Of a stretch of DNA of 52,006 bases, positions 1 through 10,178 are shown piece by piece. The notes below the pieces were generated by a model that did no database searches, was not told the DNA's origin, and saw only the letters and a list, made by a program, of their open reading frames with translations. The stretch lies in IMG/VR virus record IMGVR_UViG_3300037497_000044, positions 1 to 52,006 of that record. One strand, written 5' to 3'. This stretch comes from a virus. Taxonomy: Duplodnaviria > Caudoviricetes. The position numbers and the translations under genes are program-made. Position 1 is the first letter of the stretch; every line of letters begins with the position of its first letter.

Positions 1-2476
1 CAAGCCGGACGCGCACATGCACAGGATCAGTGATCTTGTCCAGTTCGGCACGGTCAAAACCAAATTCAGATGCAATGGTGTCTTTGTATAGTTCCGCCTT
101 TTCAGGGAATTCGGAATAGACCAAATCCAGTATCAGTTTGCGACCATTCCCGCCCTCAACAACCAAGTCACGGGACACCATAGGCGCGCCAGTTGTGGCA
201 CTGCCCTTGATGGCAAACTTCAACTCATCGAATTCACTGGCCTGCTTCCTGGCCCATAACTCTGATTTCTTGCTCGTCCGATCTCGCGGCTGAAGCCCTT
301 TCGGAAATGATACGTTTTCATTGCCTTGCACGTCATGCGATGCAGTCAAACTACTCTTTGGCACAACAGCATCAACGACCTGAATCCTGCGCCCCTCTGG
401 AGTAGTAACCGTGCCCACCTTACCAACGATGGGAAGATCGGAAGGAACTGCCCCATCATCCAACGGCTGATTGTCTACAAAAACCCTGACCGCTTTCTCA
501 TCTGCCAGATCCGGCGTTCCACCAGCAATTCCCACACCTGGCGTTGCAGCACCAACAGGCACATCCTCTGAACCTCCAGACGGCGGCGCAACAACTTCAT
601 CTTTCTTTTCACCTATCTTTCCTCCTCGAATAATCAGATTGTAGGCTTCCTGTAACGTTCCGCCCCCGGATTGGGAAATGACATCAACCCCATTTACGAA
701 TAGCCGGGCCATGGTCCTGTTGGCCGCTTTGCTGTGCGCACCAACCGCATCCAGTTGGGCAACGACATCGGCCTCTATCGTGTCCAGTTCAATGGCACGT
801 TGTACCTTCTGCAATTCGCCCGTTACCTGATCGGCACCAGCAGCAACCCAGTCCTGGCTCTGACCTTTGGTCTCCTTCAATTCTGCCATGGTTGGAGCGT
901 TCGGATCATCAAACCGGATATGATCAAACAATCCAGATAGAATATCGTTCCCTCTGTTTCCCATCAACAATTCTGCTTTTGAGATCTCAATAGGATGGCT
1001 GGCATCCTTGTCCCCGGACAATTGGCCCGCTACCGACGGAAGGACAGTCAGAATGTCCAATCCCTTCGATTCAAACAAGGCCGTCAGCTTATCCTCGTCA
1101 ATAAATACTGATGAGTTTTTGTGAACCTGAGCCAAAAAGTCTTCCATGGCTTCTGGTGCTCTGTTTGCGGTGGCAGACTGATTAACGCTGTCGGCAACGT
1201 CTGTCATTGCTGCAATGTTTCTTTCCGATCTATTGATTGCCCGATCAACGGCATACGCCCCTCCACTCATTACAGACGACATGGTGAACACGGCAACCAT
1301 CGTATCTCTGATGGCTTCAGGCTGTCTGGAGAGAAAGTCACTGAATGAATCCCGCTTTTCATCTGACATCCATTTCGTCATGTTCTGCCCGACAGTTGCC
1401 AGAGTCTCCCCGGCCCATTCACTCGGAAGTGAGGACAACATGGCAACGAATGGATTTTTAACGCCTCCGGCTTGAAGGAATTTCGCCATTGAAAACCCTT
1501 CGGTCCCAACCTCTATCAGAGCGTCATTCATGGCGTGAAGGAAAGCAACTCCTGGATCTTCCTTGTCAGATCTGGCTTTTCCGTATGATTGGCCAAATGT
1601 CGTCACACCTATCGGGGCCATCAGTTTCATTGATGCAGCAATCTCATTTAATGTCCCTGGGACAGCAGATGATGCACGTTGCAACGCAATGCCAGGGCCA
1701 GCCAGTCCAGCCATCAATAGGGATGGGATAGCAGCAGGAATCGACCGCAATCCAGAAAGAACGCCGCGAGGAAACCAATGCAATTCTTGTAGTGATTCTC
1801 CACCGGCAAAAGCGTCGGCGGATTTATCTCCCTCTTGAAATGCAGTGTTTGCAGCGTCCGCTTGCTGTTTAAAAAACTCAACAAAATCAGATTGTGAAAC
1901 ATACTTGTTGCCAGATAACTTATCAATAGCACCAGCACCCAACAGAACCGTATTTTCAATCACACCAGACTGAAGGCCGTAAAGCGAGTTCCATAAATCC
2001 ATGGCACCCGCGACAGGAGCGGATCCGACTTCTTTTAATGATGGGAGATGCCTTTCAGTTTCTTGGCGTTTCGACTTAAACCCAAATGGCCCCTCAAACT
2101 TATCTTGCAGCAATGAATCCCTAACCGTCCCCTCGATACGCGCCAGCGTCTTTGTATCATCCCTGGCAACAGCCGCATTGCGCGGGTCTTTGAAAAACCC
2201 GCGCATCGTAGGGAGTTTGGCAATGCCTTCCAAGTCAACGTCATGCAGAGACATGACCTTCTTTTCCATTGCAGGGTCAGAGGCCAGAGCAGGTTGACCA
2301 ATACCGATTGATTGCGCCAGCTTTGATTGCTTGGCAAACTGATCTGGATTCGTTTCTGCTGAACCAATAACGTTGGCACGTATAAGCGACTTGTCTTTTT
2401 GCCATTCAGGGTCAGCAAGAGATGGTTGTGATTCTGTCAACTGGCTTGGCGTTTCAGCAAACGGATTCTCAATCAT
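1..2476 (-). CDS. Giant internal virion / polyvalent protein, N-terminal part (partial, runs off window start); ddrB-like ParB domain near 1-420
   Basis: ATG at 2476 overlaps the TAA of the upstream gene (TAATG). The frame reads MIENPFAETPSQ... and is absent from the ORF track, consistent with no stop before base 1. Near the window start it reads QPRDRTSKKSE...GAPMVSRDLVVEGGNGRKL...PVHVRVRL, motifs of the ddrB-ParB domain. It follows the ejection genes. Confidence 0.8.
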   Translation of the reverse strand, partial: MIENPFAETPSQLTESQPSLADPEWQKDKSLIRANVIGSAETNPDQFAKQSKLAQSIGIGQPALASDPAMEKKVMSLHDVDLEGIAKLPTMRGFFKDPRNAAVARDDTKTLARIEGTVRDSLLQDKFEGPFGFKSKRQETERHLPSLKEVGSAPVAGAMDLWNSLYGLQSGVIENTVLLGAGAIDKLSGNKYVSQSDFVEFFKQQADAANTAFQEGDKSADAFAGGESLQELHWFPRGVLSGLRSIPAAIPSLLMAGLAGPGIALQRASSAVPGTLNEIAASMKLMAPIGVTTFGQSYGKARSDKEDPGVAFLHAMNDALIEVGTEGFSMAKFLQAGGVKNPFVAMLSSLPSEWAGETLATVGQNMTKWMSDEKRDSFSDFLSRQPEAIRDTMVAVFTMSSVMSGGAYAVDRAINRSERNIAAMTDVADSVNQSATANRAPEAMEDFLAQVHKNSSVFIDEDKLTALFESKGLDILTVLPSVAGQLSGDKDASHPIEISKAELLMGNRGNDILSGLFDHIRFDDPNAPTMAELKETKGQSQDWVAAGADQVTGELQKVQRAIELDTIEADVVAQLDAVGAHSKAANRTMARLFVNGVDVISQSGGGTLQEAYNLIIRGGKIGEKKDEVVAPPSGGSEDVPVGAATPGVGIAGGTPDLADEKAVRVFVDNQPLDDGAVPSDLPIVGKVGTVTTPEGRRIQVVDAVVPKSSLTASHDVQGNENVSFPKGLQPRDRTSKKSELWARKQASEFDELKFAIKGSATTGAPMVSRDLVVEGGNGRKLILDLVYSEFPEKAELYKDTIASEFGFDRAELDKITDPVHVRVRL

Positions 2477-4611
2477 TACCGCACCTTTGCAAGAATAGAT
2501 TTTGCAATCTCAGAAATATGATAATCATTGACTGTTATACCTTTTGCCTTCAAGTCTGATTTAATAGAGGAATACAAATTATCAGGCAATTCATCCAATT
2601 CACCTGTTGGCAGAGCCAGAACAGGGATGTTTTTAGTTGATGAAAACCAATAATCCTTGAATGGGATTGTGTGCTTGAACAACCCGTTTATAATTGCCCT
2701 TGATTCCCCATCATCAAGCTGCCTTCCAAGCCTCCCCTGCTCAGTCAGAATTGCCGTCTCGATGACCTTTCTGGTTGATTCTTGCCGAATAACATCAGCA
2801 GAGTTTGACTTCTGTGCTGGATATTCAATACCGTTCAACCTGAAATGGTTGCCAATTTCGTCAGATATGATACCAGACGATAACCTGCTTGCTTCTGGTA
2901 TGCGCCCCCCAAGCAAAGCAGATCGTTGCTTGTCTTTGACTTCCCAATCCGCCGATGATAAATGGCGAGCCTTCCATGGCCCATTCCAATCCGAGGGGGA
3001 TATGAGTGCCAGAGTGCCAGGGTCCGCGTTCAACTCAAGGAGCTTGCCCATATCGCTATTTTTCGGTGTCCCAGAATGCAGGGAGTCAATTGTGCTACGA
3101 ACCGACATTTGTTCTTTCACGGGCAGCTTTGAAACCAAGCCAAAAGGCATTTCTTGGAAAGATAGCCCATCCTTTGCCGCCATGGAATACATCTGCTCTT
3201 TGACGGACTCGATCTCTTTAGCCTTGGCATCTTCTCGTTCTTTTAGAATTCTTCCAGCTTCAACCATGTATGACTTTTGCTGAATCGGATTGTCAGGATA
3301 TAGGGTTTTAGCCCTGCCAGAAATAGCAATGTCGGTCATCTTTACGTCTGATTCACCATCCAACTGCTTTGTGGTTTTTGCCACGTAGTCGCGAGTCTCT
3401 TTTGGAAGCAGGTCAAAGTACGACTTTGCTGTTGATGGTGTTCCGTCAGCCTGTTCTTGAGCAAACCGCTTTTGTGCGGCCTGCACGGCACCTTCCCCGG
3501 CATTGTATGCGGCCAACACATCAGCAGTTGACTTGATAAACGGCAACGAATACAGCCTACTTATGTGTGCCGAATATAGCTTCTCATGGTAAGCTTCCCC
3601 CTCTGGAGTTTTTGAGAAAAACAAATCCTTGTCAAATTTCTCACCAAGGAATTTTGCGTCATCTTTTGCAGAATCAACCCTGATCTGAAATTTCCCAAAC
3701 GCATCCGCACTGCTCTTTAAAATCTCCCCATCCTTGCCATAATGCTTTCCGCCGGATTCAGCAGACAACACGACGGCGCGCATAGTTTTTTCTTGGAGAG
3801 AATTGTATACAGCCAACTTCGTCAAATCTTTTGAAAGGTCTCGCTTGACAACCCGATCATCAAAAGCCTTTGAAATGGCTTCGTGTGCTTTGATTTTAAC
3901 CTCAGGGTCCATCCATTGCGCACCTTCCTGCAACAATTGATCCGCACGGTCTAAATTCCTGGAATTCAACGCCGACTCAATCGCGCCCGTATACATGGGG
4001 GACAAGGCGTTTTTCTGTTCGGCCACCAAAGAAACATCATCTGTCAAACCTTTGTTTGCCAGCGTGCTGCGCACCGTAGACATGATCCCTTGCTTTGCAA
4101 TATCAAATTGCTGTGAATCTCCCCAAAACTGCACCCCGATTGATGTCGATATATCAATGCTTGATTTTGCCACATGCGCCCGATACTTCTCCCCCTCCGC
4201 AATGGCGTGCTTATAAATGTCGGACGAGAACCCAATATTCTGCTGGTCAATATGAGGCTTTAACAATGCCCGTTGAGACGGCGTTAGATTCGCCATTAAG
4301 CTGGCACCAACGTCGGCAAATCTGGTTGTGTGGTCCTTGACGAAACCAGGTGTGAGCGTATCACCACCCTGCACCTTGGCAAACCCGCTTTCCCCGGCGG
4401 TCATGTCAAGCCGTGCTTGTCGGATCTTGTTTAGTGCATCTTCAGCCTTGGCGGCATCAAGTTGAGCGGCCTCTCGGTGGAAGAGTTCACCTACCTCTCC
4501 CAACGCATGGCCGATGGCATTGGAAACTGGGGCAGGACTAATCTGCTGCACCCCCCTGGATGCTTGCGGGGTGGAGAAACCGAAATCTGATGCCTTTGGT
4601 AGCTGTGCCAT
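2476..4611 (-). CDS. Internal virion (ejection) protein with lytic transglycosylase domain
   Basis: 711 aa; SLT motifs AESGG, AFGKFQI, VLAAYNAGEGAV, LPKETRDYV; located in the ejection-protein block. Confidence 0.85.
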   Translation of the reverse strand: MAQLPKASDFGFSTPQASRGVQQISPAPVSNAIGHALGEVGELFHREAAQLDAAKAEDALNKIRQARLDMTAGESGFAKVQGGDTLTPGFVKDHTTRFADVGASLMANLTPSQRALLKPHIDQQNIGFSSDIYKHAIAEGEKYRAHVAKSSIDISTSIGVQFWGDSQQFDIAKQGIMSTVRSTLANKGLTDDVSLVAEQKNALSPMYTGAIESALNSRNLDRADQLLQEGAQWMDPEVKIKAHEAISKAFDDRVVKRDLSKDLTKLAVYNSLQEKTMRAVVLSAESGGKHYGKDGEILKSSADAFGKFQIRVDSAKDDAKFLGEKFDKDLFFSKTPEGEAYHEKLYSAHISRLYSLPFIKSTADVLAAYNAGEGAVQAAQKRFAQEQADGTPSTAKSYFDLLPKETRDYVAKTTKQLDGESDVKMTDIAISGRAKTLYPDNPIQQKSYMVEAGRILKEREDAKAKEIESVKEQMYSMAAKDGLSFQEMPFGLVSKLPVKEQMSVRSTIDSLHSGTPKNSDMGKLLELNADPGTLALISPSDWNGPWKARHLSSADWEVKDKQRSALLGGRIPEASRLSSGIISDEIGNHFRLNGIEYPAQKSNSADVIRQESTRKVIETAILTEQGRLGRQLDDGESRAIINGLFKHTIPFKDYWFSSTKNIPVLALPTGELDELPDNLYSSIKSDLKAKGITVNDYHISEIAKSILAKVR

Positions 4612-5279
4612 TATCGTCTCCTGTAGCCGCTCAGACTAAGACCAAGCGAATCGGATGGTGACGCAGGAGCAAACCGATCAAATAGACCACTTTTAGAAGC
4701 GGAAGATCCGGCCTTGCCAGCAGCACCCAAGAGCGTCCCAATGGCCTGAGTTTTGGCCGCCGCCATCGTATTGTCAGCCTCATACCTACCAATATCTCCC
4801 TGATACTGCAAGCCTTTTGCCCGCTCTGTGGCCGTATACTGCTGGAACCCTGCCGCACGTTCACCCTCCTCTAATATGCCTGTCATGAGATTCTCATCAA
4901 GCGGTCCACCGCCAGAAGCAGCAGCAACAGCTTGCGCTCTTGAAAGCATTAAACCGGCCTTTCTGCGCTCGTTTATGGCGGACCGTTGCCCAACCGCGCC
5001 ATCTTGGATTGCTTGAGCATTCAGGTTCCTCTGATTGGCCTCTGCTGCGGACTGCGCGTTCTTGCCTTGCTGGATGGATGACATGGCAGACATTCCTGCA
5101 CCAGCCAATCCGAGCAAGGTTCCTGTGGTTGACAACGCAGTGCCAGCAGCAAACGCGCCACCTGCCCCCAGAAGGCCAGATGTTGCCGCAGCACTGCCAA
5201 GCACGGTGGTCATCCCTGCCCCTGTTGCACCGGCACTACCAAACAGCGCGGCCAAGGCCATCGGTTCTAAACCTGACAT
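4611..5279 (-). CDS. Internal virion protein (T7 gp14-like position)
   Basis: 222 aa, Gly/Ala-rich hydrophobic N-terminus followed by a Gln/Ala helical region; synteny after the tail genes. Confidence 0.7.
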   Translation of the reverse strand: MSGLEPMALAALFGSAGATGAGMTTVLGSAAATSGLLGAGGAFAAGTALSTTGTLLGLAGAGMSAMSSIQQGKNAQSAAEANQRNLNAQAIQDGAVGQRSAINERRKAGLMLSRAQAVAAASGGGPLDENLMTGILEEGERAAGFQQYTATERAKGLQYQGDIGRYEADNTMAAAKTQAIGTLLGAAGKAGSSASKSGLFDRFAPASPSDSLGLSLSGYRRR

Positions 5280-5653
5280 TTTGGCATCCTCATAAACATA
5301 GTACCCTTCCCATCAATCGTCGTGACCGTTGGGACAAACCCCAATTTCGTTTGGAGGTTCAATGCGGTCGGCTCATCCTGATTAACGAACGAAAACACCA
5401 TTCCATGCCGATTGAAAAGCTTCTCCAAAACACGCACCCCTCTTGCTACAGATTTCCGGTGCAGTCTCATTTCTGGCTTCATTTCAGAAAAAGCAACAGG
5501 CACACCGCCATCATAAAACACACCGCCAATTCCAATAATACGCCCATCAAGATCCGCAACGTACCCTGTGAATGATGATTTGGGCGTACACCCCCAATAG
5601 TCAATGGCGTCTTGCTCGGTGGCTGGCCTGATAACAATATCGTCATTTCTCAT
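5267..5653 (-). CDS. GNAT-like virion assembly protein (T7 gp13-like position)
   Basis: 128 aa; IRPAT..D, GRIIGIGGV, LQTKLGF pattern; lies directly after tail tubular B. Confidence 0.6.
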   Translation of the reverse strand: MRNDDIVIRPATEQDAIDYWGCTPKSSFTGYVADLDGRIIGIGGVFYDGGVPVAFSEMKPEMRLHRKSVARGVRVLEKLFNRHGMVFSFVNQDEPTALNLQTKLGFVPTVTTIDGKGTMFMRMPKCQV

Positions 5654-8600
5654 TCCCGCCCCCAGATACCACAGCAGCCAGGATTGTACAGCATTTCGGA
5701 GATGCCGCCGTCAGAATCAATCTCGTGTCAGTTGACCACGTTCCGTTAAGATGGACTGAATCCTCACTGTAACTGCCCCAAACACTGCCAGAAGTCACGG
5801 TCGTTCCGTCCTCAATAAGCGGCAATTCGTCCATATAGCTTGCTTCTTGCCCATATTGCAGACCTTGAGCGTGGGTGTTTAGCATGACCAAACCGACATG
5901 ATCAAGTCGTTGTCTTTGGGTAAGAGACACGCCAAGACCAAGGCCAAGTGCAAGCTTTGACGACTTGAATGTGGCTGTGTATGGCAAGCCGACAATGATG
6001 TTTACCGTTGTTTCGCTGACAGTTATTTGTCCAGATCCATTAACAACACCTGTGACTGCCAATTCCTTACTGTCTGTAACGTCCCACGCTTTAACCGTCT
6101 CGCCGATCAAATGCGTCAGGCCGGTTACTGTCGCGCTTGCGCTCTGCGTTTTTGTGACCGAGGCATCCGTTAAAACGGTTGTTGCCGTTCCCTTTCCTTC
6201 AGACTCCAACGCCCATCTTTCCAAGAACCTGACCGTGCTGCTGTTTATGTTCCTGGCAACAACATAATAAACCTGGTCCTCAACCGTCCCTGGGAGCACA
6301 ACAGCGTCTTCCACAACGCCATCGGTCTCGTATTCGATCCAGCAACTCACATCCTCCAGACGGTCCCGTATCATTATGGCAACCGTTCCGTCCGTTCGGA
6401 CGCAATGGATGCGAGTGTCAGGGATTCGCTGCACAACAACCCGCAAAAAAGGAGATTCCCCGATCTCTGGCACGATGGCTGTCAGATCCCCAGCAGAGTA
6501 TGAATATCCATCCGCAAGGCTCAACTCATAAACACGACTGCCGTTTCTGTGGACAAATACCCCGGAGATGTCAATCATAACAGCCTGGATGTCTGTTGAC
6601 CCAAGTGTTGATACAGGTTTCAGTGTGAACTGTGATGGAGTCAACGGCTCGTCCAGGCTAGAGCTTTTTGCAGAGAATATCTTACCTTGTGTGCCAACAA
6701 GCAACGTCCCAAGCGATAACATCCAGTTGATCTTATCGACAGGCCCAGATCCAATCGACCTCAATATTGGTCCAGAATCCCCCTCAACGGTCGAATCGAA
6801 CGAGTTAAATGTATCCGATACGCTCCCGTTCATCACATTCTTACCTGCCCACCACAATCGGCCATCATGCAGAACGACCGCCGACGGGAACCCCCTACGA
6901 GTGGACCATTGCCCTTCAGACCATTCAGAAGATGCAGTAGTTTTGCCAAACGGTTTTAGGATATCGACCTGTGCCACGGTTGAGCTTGTCACAGACGTAA
7001 CGCGGCATATGCCATCAATTGAACCAACGGCATAACTCAGACTGGCAACTATGGTGCCTGAAGTGTGGCCCGTGGCATCTACACCAACACGGTAATATAT
7101 AATCTGGTTATCAAGTGTATCGTTCCGTTCGTTGGCTGTTGTGTTGGTTGTGAAGGAGCTGACATTACCCCAATCGCCGATATCCCCAACACTCCTCTGT
7201 ATTCGGACAGTTCCAGACCAAGTGCCGGTAATGGTTAAATAATATTTCCTTGCATCGTCAATGCCTGTAACTTTAATCGGATCTGACCATGTTTCGTCGG
7301 TCGTGATTGTCACCTCAACTGACTGGCCTATCGAAGACACACGGAACAAAGACCCCGCGTTAGTGGATAGAAAATAAGGCTTTGACGCGGTTAATGTCGT
7401 GCTTCCGTTCAGTGCAGCAGGTGCCATCGTGATTGCGCCAAGATTTTCGGGAAGGAACGGCCCATCTTCTGTCAGATACTTGACTATTGACCATGAGTGC
7501 ATGGCCGTGGGACTGTATTGCCTCTCAATCCTGTATTGCTGCACCCCGTCACACGCAACAAAGACGACATCCCCGCTTTGATCGTATCGGATGTTTTTAA
7601 GATCGGCAGTTGCCCATGGACTGACAATTGACAGGTTTCCAGCATACACAATAGAAACGTCGCTTATCTGTGTGGCAGTCTTTCTGTTCGCCTTAAGTCT
7701 AAGGTAAAATTGATATGTTTCATCAATATGCGGGGTAAACGCTATGACGTGCTTCCCTTCCCTGAGAGTCATTTGCGGGATCAACTCCTCTCCCGCCGAT
7801 GTTCTGCCAACGGACAGAATAGCCACCCCTTTAAGCACAGTGATGCTGATGAAATGCTCAAGAGCAGATCCGGTAATCAGTTGCTCACGCCCCGCATAGC
7901 TCAACCCGTCGCTGCTAATCAGATTCAGATAGGTTGTCACATTGTCGATTGCAAATAGTTTTTGCACCCCGGCGGTCCAGCTTGTGACATCAGACCACGA
8001 TTTTAACGTGGTAAAGCTGGTGCCATCATCTGACCATTGAAGGCTGAACGCCTTGGGAGATTGTGTGATATCAGAACCAGAATTGCCAGGCATGAAACCC
8101 CATTCGGCCACAGCGACGGCGTTGCCTGAGCCAAAGTCATACTGGAACCAACATGGCATCGAGGGACTGGTGTTACTGATCCAATAGTCGGACGCACCAT
8201 TATCGTTGAATAGCTTGTAGGCCGTAGAGCTGTTGTGGGAGGCAGAAGCGGTTCCGCCGGTGCATTGATCGGGACCACCGACACTCCCCCGGAATTCGGC
8301 CTCATATCCACGGATAATGTTGTCAGGCGCAGTAGATTCTGTGATATAGATACGCCAATATCGATGGGTCCCACCACCAAGATCAACTATGGATGATACG
8401 CCGTTAGCCTCATCAACACCAGTCCAGTTTGTCAGGCTTTGGAACTGCCCGTTGCTGATACTGGTGCTGCTCAGATCGGGAACGGTGATATACGCATCGG
8501 ACACAACGGGGCGCACAAGCAAATTCGTGCATTCAAGCAACGCCTTGGAGTCCTGAGAAAAAACGAATGGGATATGGACGGTTGCGGCGGATGTGGATAT

Positions 8601-8771
8601 GGTGTGCAGGTAGCTGGTCCCTGGCCGTAACATCATAGGCCCAAGTGTGCGCGGCATCCAATTGGTCTGTGTCTCTGCGGACAAACCCATCTTTGCAAGG
8701 TCTTGTCTGGCCAGAGCCAGAGGGGAAACTATCCCGCGATTGAATGTGTATAAAACCGCCTTGCCTTTCAT
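5643..8771 (-). CDS. Tail tubular protein B (nozzle) with an inserted discoidin/F5-8-like domain
   Basis: Start taken at ATG 8771 (MKGKAVLYTFNRGIVSP), just after the tail A stop. Motifs FNRG, GPMMLRPGT, YDQSGDVVF, GFPSAV..HDGRLW, VGLPYTA are typical of podovirus nozzle proteins. Confidence 0.85.
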   Translation of the reverse strand: MKGKAVLYTFNRGIVSPLALARQDLAKMGLSAETQTNWMPRTLGPMMLRPGTSYLHTISTSAATVHIPFVFSQDSKALLECTNLLVRPVVSDAYITVPDLSSTSISNGQFQSLTNWTGVDEANGVSSIVDLGGGTHRYWRIYITESTAPDNIIRGYEAEFRGSVGGPDQCTGGTASASHNSSTAYKLFNDNGASDYWISNTSPSMPCWFQYDFGSGNAVAVAEWGFMPGNSGSDITQSPKAFSLQWSDDGTSFTTLKSWSDVTSWTAGVQKLFAIDNVTTYLNLISSDGLSYAGREQLITGSALEHFISITVLKGVAILSVGRTSAGEELIPQMTLREGKHVIAFTPHIDETYQFYLRLKANRKTATQISDVSIVYAGNLSIVSPWATADLKNIRYDQSGDVVFVACDGVQQYRIERQYSPTAMHSWSIVKYLTEDGPFLPENLGAITMAPAALNGSTTLTASKPYFLSTNAGSLFRVSSIGQSVEVTITTDETWSDPIKVTGIDDARKYYLTITGTWSGTVRIQRSVGDIGDWGNVSSFTTNTTANERNDTLDNQIIYYRVGVDATGHTSGTIVASLSYAVGSIDGICRVTSVTSSTVAQVDILKPFGKTTASSEWSEGQWSTRRGFPSAVVLHDGRLWWAGKNVMNGSVSDTFNSFDSTVEGDSGPILRSIGSGPVDKINWMLSLGTLLVGTQGKIFSAKSSSLDEPLTPSQFTLKPVSTLGSTDIQAVMIDISGVFVHRNGSRVYELSLADGYSYSAGDLTAIVPEIGESPFLRVVVQRIPDTRIHCVRTDGTVAIMIRDRLEDVSCWIEYETDGVVEDAVVLPGTVEDQVYYVVARNINSSTVRFLERWALESEGKGTATTVLTDASVTKTQSASATVTGLTHLIGETVKAWDVTDSKELAVTGVVNGSGQITVSETTVNIIVGLPYTATFKSSKLALGLGLGVSLTQRQRLDHVGLVMLNTHAQGLQYGQEASYMDELPLIEDGTTVTSGSVWGSYSEDSVHLNGTWSTDTRLILTAASPKCCTILAAVVSGGGNEK

Positions 8772-8775
8772 CCAA

Positions 8776-9429
8776 TCACCCAATAATTTGGTTAGCGTTG
8801 CCTCTTTCCCTGTTATACCCACCCAATCTTGCCCGAACAAATGACGATGTTGGGAAGCTTTTCGGCGGCCCCTCCATAGCGGAGAGTGTGGCAGCGTTCC
8901 TGAATGACTGCAAAGAAGCCGACTTTAACTCCCTAGATCTCTCTGCGTTCTGCGTCAGCCGCAGGCAAACACGGCTTGCAAGATACGTCTGAACTGCCTG
9001 AATAAAATCAGTAGTCCATAGTGACTTGTCCCCACCGTAGCCAGAATCATTGCTGACATATCGGACATAAAGCGGATCAATATCAGCATACCAGTATTGC
9101 CCTGCTGTCTCAAAGTTGCTTGTGAACGCGGTTAACGGGCATTGGAAATACTCATCCGTTGCCAGCATAATCGTTCTGATATGGTCTGATGGGATGGAAA
9201 ACGCATTAGCAAACCCGAATGACGGGGTGACGGAAATATGCTTTGCAATCTCCTGTGACCGGGACGCAAACATCCATTCGCCTTGCTTCAGACAATGATC
9301 AACAGCACCCTCATCCCACACATCATCCAGAACCCGCCGTGACTCTACGTTGTCAGTCACCGTAGATAGACGCCGCTCTCCTATCTCAAGCAACGCGCCG
9401 TTATAGAGTGACAGTTGCGTTGTGGTCAT
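8776..9429 (-). CDS. Tail tubular protein A (adaptor)
   Basis: 217 aa; LYNGALLEIGE, W.FA, F.NAFSIPSD, LYVRYV, YLASRVC motifs; sits upstream of the nozzle gene. Confidence 0.8.
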   Translation of the reverse strand: MTTTQLSLYNGALLEIGERRLSTVTDNVESRRVLDDVWDEGAVDHCLKQGEWMFASRSQEIAKHISVTPSFGFANAFSIPSDHIRTIMLATDEYFQCPLTAFTSNFETAGQYWYADIDPLYVRYVSNDSGYGGDKSLWTTDFIQAVQTYLASRVCLRLTQNAERSRELKSASLQSFRNAATLSAMEGPPKSFPTSSFVRARLGGYNRERGNANQIIG

Positions 9430-9857
9430 TTGGAATCAAGCTGAGAGAGATAATTGACATCTTGCATGGCAGCAGTCTCAGTGTCATGGAAGGCAACGAT
9501 AATGCCGTCTGATATGCGAATGACGTTAAATTTTGAATCTTTTTTGACGAACGCCACGCGATACAGGATAGGGAAATCAACCTTTTTTTGCTCGACCGAA
9601 AAATCAACGAACGACAAGACCGCCACTTTGACAGAATTATCTGTCACGGAAACAACGAGCAGTTTGGCATACCACCGGTTGCCGTCTGGCAGCACTTCAA
9701 TCTGATCCCCAATCCGCACCTTTCTGGCAATGTGCAACCAGTATGCAGGATCTAGCAATTCAGAGAAAACAGTCTCATAGCATGGATTTGCTAACCATTT
9801 TGTGTACGCTTGCTCTGATGGTTTGAAGACACTGGGGGAAGAACGAAGACGTGGCAT
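9426..9857 (-). CDS. Hypothetical protein in structural operon
   Basis: 143 aa ORF, SD-like AAGGA upstream, overlaps the tail A start (ATGA). Confidence 0.65.
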   Translation of the reverse strand: MPRLRSSPSVFKPSEQAYTKWLANPCYETVFSELLDPAYWLHIARKVRIGDQIEVLPDGNRWYAKLLVVSVTDNSVKVAVLSFVDFSVEQKKVDFPILYRVAFVKKDSKFNVIRISDGIIVAFHDTETAAMQDVNYLSQLDSK

Positions 9858-9871
9858 TTAAAAATCCTTAT

Positions 9872-9916
9872 AAAAAAATGGGTGTGGCCCCGCTATGATA
9901 GCCGGGGCCACGATGG
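9872..9916 (-). terminator. Intrinsic terminator after the capsid/decoration genes
   Basis: Minus strand reads GTGGCCCCG-GCTATCATAG-CGGGGCCAC, then ACCCA and a T-run. Confidence 0.6.
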
Positions 9917-10165
9917 TTAAGAGAGAGTTACGGCCCGAATGGATGTGGCACTGATAACGACATGCAGAGTACATGCTGCAATGGATTCGGCCCCACTGTT
10001 CACAATCATGACATCCCCCGCCTTTAAACCATAATAGGCACCGTCCGTGAAATACCCGGAGCCTTCAATAGTTACACGCGAGTCTGTAGACGTGTAAGTG
10101 AACAAAGTTGGAACACTGCTATTCATTGAGTGAAACGCATTCAATGTTGCTGGTGTGAAAGCCAT
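9917..10165 (-). CDS. Small virion protein, possible capsid decoration
   Basis: 82 aa, strong GGAGG SD, immediately after the major capsid gene; TY.STD..TIEGSGYF..LKAGDV pattern. Confidence 0.6.
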   Translation of the reverse strand: MAFTPATLNAFHSMNSSVPTLFTYTSTDSRVTIEGSGYFTDGAYYGLKAGDVMIVNSGAESIAACTLHVVISATSIRAVTLS

Positions 10166-10178
10166 TTATCATCCCTCC

